The position numbers and the translations under genes are program-made. Below the pieces are notes generated by a model, which was not told the origin of the DNA, searched no databases, and saw nothing but the letters and a program-made list of their open reading frames with translations. Below are positions 49,945 through 55,142 of a stretch of DNA of 55,142 nucleotides, one piece after another. This DNA is from a virus (Duplodnaviria; Heunggongvirae; Uroviricota; Caudoviricetes), in the IMG/VR virus record IMGVR_UViG_2711768053_000019; one strand, written 5' to 3'. Numbering within the stretch: position 1 is the first letter of the stretch; each line of letters begins with the position of its first letter.

Positions 49945-52900
49945 ATGGCAGTAAAGATTTCAGGTGTACTGAAAGACGGTGCAGGTAAACCGGTACAGAA
50001 CTGCACAATCCAGCTGAAAGCAAAACGTAACAGCACCACGGTGGTGGTGAACACGCTGGCCTCAGAAAATCCGGATGAAGCCGGGCGTTACAGCATGGAC
50101 GTTGAGTACGGTCAGTACAGCGTTATTCTGTTGGTGGAAGGATTCCCGCCGTCATATGCCGGGACCATCACCGTGTATGAAGATTCTCAACCTGGTACGC
50201 TGAATGATTTTCTCGGTGCCATGACGGAGGATGATGTCCGTCCGGAGGCACTGCGCCGCTTTGAACTGATGGTGGAAGAGGTGGCGCGTAACGCGTCCGC
50301 AGTGGCACAGAACACGGCAGCCGCGAAGAAGTCAGCCAGTGATGCCCGCACATCAGCCCGTGAGGCGGCAACCCATGCGACTGATGCTGCGGACTCCGCA
50401 CGCGCAGCCAGCACGTCAGCCGGACAGGCCGCGTCGTCGGCTCAGTCAGCGTCTTCCAGCGCAGGAACGGCATCAACAAAGGCTACTGAAGCATCAAAAA
50501 GTGCTGCCGCTGCAGAGTCCTCAAAAAGCGTGGCAGCTACCAGTGCCGGTGCGGCGAAAACGTCAGAAACGAATGCCGCAGCGTCAGAACAATCAGCCGC
50601 CACTTCTGCATCCACCGCGACCACGAAAGCGTCAGAAGCTGCCACCTCAGCCCGGGATGCGGCGGCCTCAAAAGAGGCAGCGAAATCATCAGAAACGAAC
50701 GCATCCTTGAGCGCCAGTAGCGCAGCTTCCTCGGCAACGGCGGCAGGAAATTCCGCGAAGGCGGCAAAAACGTCCGAGACGAACGCCAGGTCTTCTGAGA
50801 CGGCAGCGGGACAGAGCGCCTCAGCTGCGGCAGGCTCAAAAACAGCGGCTGCGTCGTCTGCCAGTGCCGCGTCAACAAGTGCCGGGCAGGCCTCAGCCAG
50901 TGCCACCGCCGCCGGAAAATCGGCAGAAAGCGCCGCATCATCCGCTTCAACAGCCACAACGAAGGCTGGCGAAGCCACTGAGCAGGCCACGGCAGCAGCG
51001 AGGTCAGCTTCCGCAGCGAAGACATCCGAAACGAACGCGAAAGCGTCGGAAACCCGTGCAGAATCCTCAAAAACGGCAGCGGCATCGTCCGCCAGTTCGG
51101 CGGCGTCATCGGCATCATCGGCGTCTGCTTCAAAAGATGAGGCGACCAGACAGGCGTCAGCAGCGAAGGGCAGCGCCACGACGGCATCCACGAAGGCGAC
51201 AGAGGCTGCTGGTAGTGCGAAGGCAGCAGCTCAGAGCAAAAGTACGGCGGAATCTGCAGCAACGCGCGCTGAGACAGCGGCAAAACGGGCAGAGGATATT
51301 GCATCCGCCGTGGCGCTTGAGGATGCGAGCACGACGAAAAAGGGGATAGTACAGCTCAGTAGTGCGACTAACAGCACTTCCGAGTCACTGGCGGCAACAC
51401 CAAAAGCCGTTAAGGCCGCGTATGACCTGGCTAGCGGGAAATACACCGCACAGGATGCAACGACAGCACAGAAAGGGATAATCCAGCTAAGCAGCGCGAC
51501 CAACAGCACGTCTGAAACGCTGGCGGCAACGCCAAAGGCAGTAAAAGCAGCCAATGACAATGCTGAGAAACGTCTGCAGAAAGATCAGAACGGTGCGGAT
51601 ATCCCTGGCAAAGACACCTTTACGAAAAATATTGGTGCCTGCCGTGCCTTCGGTGGGTCAGTAAGCACAACAACAGGAAACTGGACGACTGCACAGTTTA
51701 TCGAGTGGCTGGATTCTCAGGGAGCATTTAACCATCCATACTGGATGTGCAAGGGTTCCTGGTCTTATGGCAATAATAAAATCATTACTGATACTGGCTG
51801 CGGTAATATTCATCTCGCCGGAGCTGTCATTGAAGTAATGGGGATAAAGTCAGCGATGACGATCCGCATTACCACTCCGACCACATCCAGCGGTGGCGGA
51901 ACAACCAACGCCCAGTTTACCTATATTAATCACGGAACAGATTATTCACCTGGCTGGCGAAGGGACTATAACTCCAGAAATAAGCCAACGGCATCAGAGA
52001 TCGGGGCGCTACCGTCAGGTGGAACAGCAGTATCATCAGTTAATCTGGCTTCAAAAGGTCGGGTAGCCGCGCTGACAGACAATACGCAGGGGGCAGCAGG
52101 TCTTGAGTTATACGAGGTGTATAACAACGGATATCCAACAACGTATGGAAATATCATTCACCTGAAAGGGATGACAGCCGTTGGCGAAGGTGAGTTACTC
52201 ATCGGCTGGAGTGGTACAAGCGGTGCTCATGCTCCGGCATTTATTCGTTCACGACGGGATACGACCGACGCAAACTGGTCGCCGTGGGCGCAGCTTTACA
52301 CCTCGGCTCATCCTCCTGCAGAGTTTTATCCAGTCGGTGCACCAATCCCGTGGCCATCAGATACCGTTCCGTCTGGTTATGTCCTGATGCAGGGGCAGAC
52401 TTTTGACAAATCTGCATACCCGAAACTTGCAGCCGCTTATCCGTCAGGCGTGATCCCTGATATGCGTGGCTGGACGATTAAGGGCAAACCTGCCAGTGGT
52501 CGGGCCGTATTGTCTCAGGAACAGGACGGCATTAAATCGCACACCCACAGCGCCAGCGCATCCAGTACGGATTTGGGGACGAAAACCACATCGTCGTTTG
52601 ATTACGGCACTAAATCCACGAATAACATCGGGGCGCATACGCACAGTGTGAGCGGTACAGCCGCAAGTGCCGGAAACCATACTCATAGTGTCACAGGCGC
52701 ATCAGCAGTCAGCCAGTGGTCACAAAATGGGTCAGTACATAAGGTAGTGTCTGCGGCCAGTGTGAATACAAGTGCTGCAGGAGCGCACACTCATAGTGTC
52801 AGCGGCACAGCTGCATCTGCAGGTGCTCACGCACATACTGTCGGTATTGGTGCTCATACGCACTCGGTTGCGATTGGCTCACATGGACACACCATCACCG

Positions 52901-52971
52901 TTAACGCTGCTGGTAACGCGGAAAACACCGTCAAAAACATCGCATTTAACTATATTGTGAGGCTTGCATGA
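49945..52971 (+). CDS. stf: Side tail fibre protein Stf (about 1008 aa) with Ala/Ser/Thr-rich repetitive shaft and His-rich tip
   Basis: N-terminus [36 protein letters not shown]; C-terminal HxH repeats (GAHTHSVSG...AHAHTV...AHTHSV...SHGHTI) and ...[18 protein letters not shown]. Confidence 0.85.
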   Translation: MAVKISGVLKDGAGKPVQNCTIQLKAKRNSTTVVVNTLASENPDEAGRYSMDVEYGQYSVILLVEGFPPSYAGTITVYEDSQPGTLNDFLGAMTEDDVRPEALRRFELMVEEVARNASAVAQNTAAAKKSASDARTSAREAATHATDAADSARAASTSAGQAASSAQSASSSAGTASTKATEASKSAAAAESSKSVAATSAGAAKTSETNAAASEQSAATSASTATTKASEAATSARDAAASKEAAKSSETNASLSASSAASSATAAGNSAKAAKTSETNARSSETAAGQSASAAAGSKTAAASSASAASTSAGQASASATAAGKSAESAASSASTATTKAGEATEQATAAARSASAAKTSETNAKASETRAESSKTAAASSASSAASSASSASASKDEATRQASAAKGSATTASTKATEAAGSAKAAAQSKSTAESAATRAETAAKRAEDIASAVALEDASTTKKGIVQLSSATNSTSESLAATPKAVKAAYDLASGKYTAQDATTAQKGIIQLSSATNSTSETLAATPKAVKAANDNAEKRLQKDQNGADIPGKDTFTKNIGACRAFGGSVSTTTGNWTTAQFIEWLDSQGAFNHPYWMCKGSWSYGNNKIITDTGCGNIHLAGAVIEVMGIKSAMTIRITTPTTSSGGGTTNAQFTYINHGTDYSPGWRRDYNSRNKPTASEIGALPSGGTAVSSVNLASKGRVAALTDNTQGAAGLELYEVYNNGYPTTYGNIIHLKGMTAVGEGELLIGWSGTSGAHAPAFIRSRRDTTDANWSPWAQLYTSAHPPAEFYPVGAPIPWPSDTVPSGYVLMQGQTFDKSAYPKLAAAYPSGVIPDMRGWTIKGKPASGRAVLSQEQDGIKSHTHSASASSTDLGTKTTSSFDYGTKSTNNIGAHTHSVSGTAASAGNHTHSVTGASAVSQWSQNGSVHKVVSAASVNTSAAGAHTHSVSGTAASAGAHAHTVGIGAHTHSVAIGSHGHTITVNAAGNAENTVKNIAFNYIVRLA
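50280..51300 (+). repeat. Low-complexity tandem repeat region inside stf (Ala/Ser/Thr-rich, AAKTSETNA-like units)
   Basis: Repeated [10 protein letters not shown] / SASAAS segments in translation; second duplicated block KKGI(V/I)[11 protein letters not shown](S/T)[11 protein letters not shown] at about 51340-51560. Confidence 0.6.
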
Positions 52972-53870
52972 TTACGCTCATTCTTTCTGCACCAGTAACC
53001 GAAATGGCTGAAGCATTTAAGCGGGTATTTGCAAATGCAGATAATGTGAATATTGTCGGAAAGCCATTTGAAACAATCAGAGAATTTGACTGCATGGTAA
53101 GTGCGGCAAATAGTTTCGGCCTGATGGATGGCGGTGTTGATGCCGCCATTACCACATTCTTCGGTTCTCAGCTACAGGCCCGCGTTCAGAATCATATTCT
53201 TCGTGAATATCTCGGCGAGCAGCCTGTAGGTTCTGCATTTGTTATTGAAACGGGGCATAATTATCACCCCTGGCTGGTACATGCGCCAACAATGCGTGTT
53301 CCGTTGACAATTGACGGAACAGACGCTGTATATAACGCAACTTGGGCAGCTCTACTTGCTATCTTTCAGCACAATAAAAACGCAACGACAGACAGGAAAA
53401 TAAAGACGGTGGTATTCCCTGCAATGGGAGCCGGATGTGGTCAGGTGCCGTTTGAAAGCGTTGCCCGGCAGATGAAGCAGGCATGGGATAACTTTAATAA
53501 AAAAACAGAATCAATTAACTGGGAATACGCACAATCCCGCCAGTCGGCAGTATTTGGCACATATGCATACTGTCCGGGTAATTCTGTTTGCCGTTATGCG
53601 GATACTAAATATATTGGATGCGGCGATTATCGGACGTATTGCTCACGTTCCGGGCAGGTCTGTATTAACCCTGAACATCAGGCTGATGATGTACTGATAC
53701 AACATCAGGCTAATAACCGGTTTCGCCCTGGTTCGCATATACACCGGATTAATCCAGAAAATCCTGTAGGTAATGTCATCTCTGGCGCACATAGCCACGG
53801 AAGTAGCATCGTTATTGGTGCTCACACCCATACGCTCAATAAACAATATTCTGTCTCTGATATTAAGTAG
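52968..53870 (+). CDS. Macro-domain protein with His-rich fibre-tip-like C-terminus (300 aa), inserted between stf and tfa
   Basis: [18 protein letters not shown] and [11 protein letters not shown] match macro-domain motifs (NAAN, GGGVxxAI, FPAISTGxxG); C-terminal GSHIHR...[18 protein letters not shown] resembles stf HxH repeats; ATGA overlap with stf stop. Confidence 0.6.
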   Translation: MITLILSAPVTEMAEAFKRVFANADNVNIVGKPFETIREFDCMVSAANSFGLMDGGVDAAITTFFGSQLQARVQNHILREYLGEQPVGSAFVIETGHNYHPWLVHAPTMRVPLTIDGTDAVYNATWAALLAIFQHNKNATTDRKIKTVVFPAMGAGCGQVPFESVARQMKQAWDNFNKKTESINWEYAQSRQSAVFGTYAYCPGNSVCRYADTKYIGCGDYRTYCSRSGQVCINPEHQADDVLIQHQANNRFRPGSHIHRINPENPVGNVISGAHSHGSSIVIGAHTHTLNKQYSVSDIK

Positions 53871-53878
53871 AGGTGAAC

Positions 53879-54454
53879 ATGGATTTCAGAATGAGTGAAC
53901 AACCACGGACCATAACAATTTATAATCTGCTGGCCGGAACTAATGAATTTATTGGTGAAGGTGACGCATACATTCCGCCTCATACAGGTCTGCCAGCAAA
54001 CAGTACCGATATTGCACCGCCAGATATTCCGGCTGGTTTCGTGGCTGTTTTCAACAGTGATGAGTCATCGTGGCATCTCGTTGAAGATCATCGGGGTAAA
54101 ACGGTTTATGACGTGGCTTCCGGCGACGCGTTATTTATTTCTGAACTCGGCTCATTACCGGAAAATGTCACCTGGTTATCCCCGGAAGGGGAGTTTCAGA
54201 AGTGGAACGGCACAGCCTGGGTGAAGGATACGGAAGCAGAAAAACTGTTCCGGATCCGGGAGGCGGAAGAAACAAAAAACAGCCTGATGCAGGTAGCCAG
54301 TGAGCATATAGCGCCGCTTCAGGATGCTGTGGATCTGGAGATCGCAACGGAGAAAGAAACCTTGTTGCTGGAAGCCTGGAAAAAGTATCGGGTGTTGCTG
54401 AACCGTGTTGATACATCAACTGCACCGGATATTGAATGGCCAGCCCTACCGTAG
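53879..54454 (+). CDS. tfa: Tail fibre assembly protein Tfa, about 191 aa
   Basis: [54 protein letters not shown]... lambda Tfa by recall. Confidence 0.8.
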   Translation: MDFRMSEQPRTITIYNLLAGTNEFIGEGDAYIPPHTGLPANSTDIAPPDIPAGFVAVFNSDESSWHLVEDHRGKTVYDVASGDALFISELGSLPENVTWLSPEGEFQKWNGTAWVKDTEAEKLFRIREAEETKNSLMQVASEHIAPLQDAVDLEIATEKETLLLEAWKKYRVLLNRVDTSTAPDIEWPALP

Positions 54455-54551
54455 GGTAAGATATATAAATTCTATAATTAGAAGTATCTTTCCATTTAAG
54501 GCTAGGAAGGGGGGCTTGGAAAACGTAAGGAATCTCACACCGAGATTATTT

Positions 54552-55142
54552 TTATATATCAGGTGTCTGATTTTTTGCTTTAGCTCTTAAAATGGTTTGC
54601 CGCGAGGTTTTGAATTCTTGGGCAATGTCACTTATATTTATACCTGACTTAATTTGCTCTAGTACCCTCTGTATTTGTTCATCATTTAACACAGGTGGGC
54701 GACCAAATCGCTTTCCTGCGCCCCGTGCTCTTAATATCCCTGAATGAGTACGCTCAAGTAAAAGGTCTCGCTCAAATTCAGCGACTGCTGAAATTACTTG
54801 CATCATCATTTTTCCAGGTGGACTGGTCAGGTCAACGCCCCCCAATGCTAAGCAATGCACTTTGATACCTGCTTTGGTCAGTTGTTCCACCGTTTTACTG
54901 ATATCCATTGGATTACAACCGAGGCGATCCAGTTTTGTGACAATCAATGCATCACCTCTTTTCAGTCGATCAAGCAACTGGTTAAAACCAGGACGCTCAC
55001 TGGTTGCTGCTGAGCCGCTAATTTGTTCTTCAATTATTTGCTGAGATTTGATGTTAAAACCTGCACTTTCGATTTCCCGACGTTGATTTTTGGTTGTCTT
55101 TTCCAGAGTTGATACCCGACAGTAAGCATAAATTCGAGACAT
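54552..55142 (-). CDS. Serine recombinase (resolvase/invertase family), 196 aa; start codon at window edge
   Basis: YCRVST (catalytic Ser region), LDRLGC, C-terminal HTH; ATG is the last three bases of the window on the minus strand. Confidence 0.8.
   Translation of the reverse strand: MSRIYAYCRVSTLEKTTKNQRREIESAGFNIKSQQIIEEQISGSAATSERPGFNQLLDRLKRGDALIVTKLDRLGCNPMDISKTVEQLTKAGIKVHCLALGGVDLTSPPGKMMMQVISAVAEFERDLLLERTHSGILRARGAGKRFGRPPVLNDEQIQRVLEQIKSGINISDIAQEFKTSRQTILRAKAKNQTPDI

Noticed and set aside
54455-54551. Invertase crossover (gix/pix-like) site between tfa and the recombinase
   Set aside because: No convincing match to the recalled 26-bp crossover consensus and no inverted duplicate of the fibre 3' end in the window.

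Overview
The window reads as one integrated lambdoid (lambda-type) prophage running from its integrase (1-1164, minus strand) to a serine recombinase at the right end (54552-55142). All protein identifications are from reading the supplied translations and recalling known families; no database search or computation was run. The order is int-xis, early-left genes (TraR-like, adenine methyltransferase, exo-bet-gam), an immunity region (cI-like repressor with two co-directional downstream genes, Cro-like, CII-like), O with ori iterons, P, a nin-type region (NinB/NinE/YbcO/RusA/Q), an OmpC-family porin, lysis genes, cos, Nu1-A-W-B-C-Nu3-D-E-FI-FII-Z-U-V-G-T-H-M-L-K-I-J-lom-stf-tfa. Three things stand out. 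First, a roughly 10.9 kb integrase-bearing element (22962-33860) is inserted in frame inside portal gene B, flanked by 13-bp imperfect direct repeats; it carries a primase-helicase with ori iterons, SSB, its own cos site (cosN shared with the prophage cos, flanks different) and divergent paralogues of Nu1, E and D, which is the architecture of a phage satellite parasitising lambda-type packaging. Second, a 660-aa SIR2-domain protein sits as AT-rich cargo between P and ninB, a candidate single-gene NADase-type defence. Third, a macro-domain gene is inserted between stf and tfa. I cannot establish from sequence alone whether any of these is undescribed.
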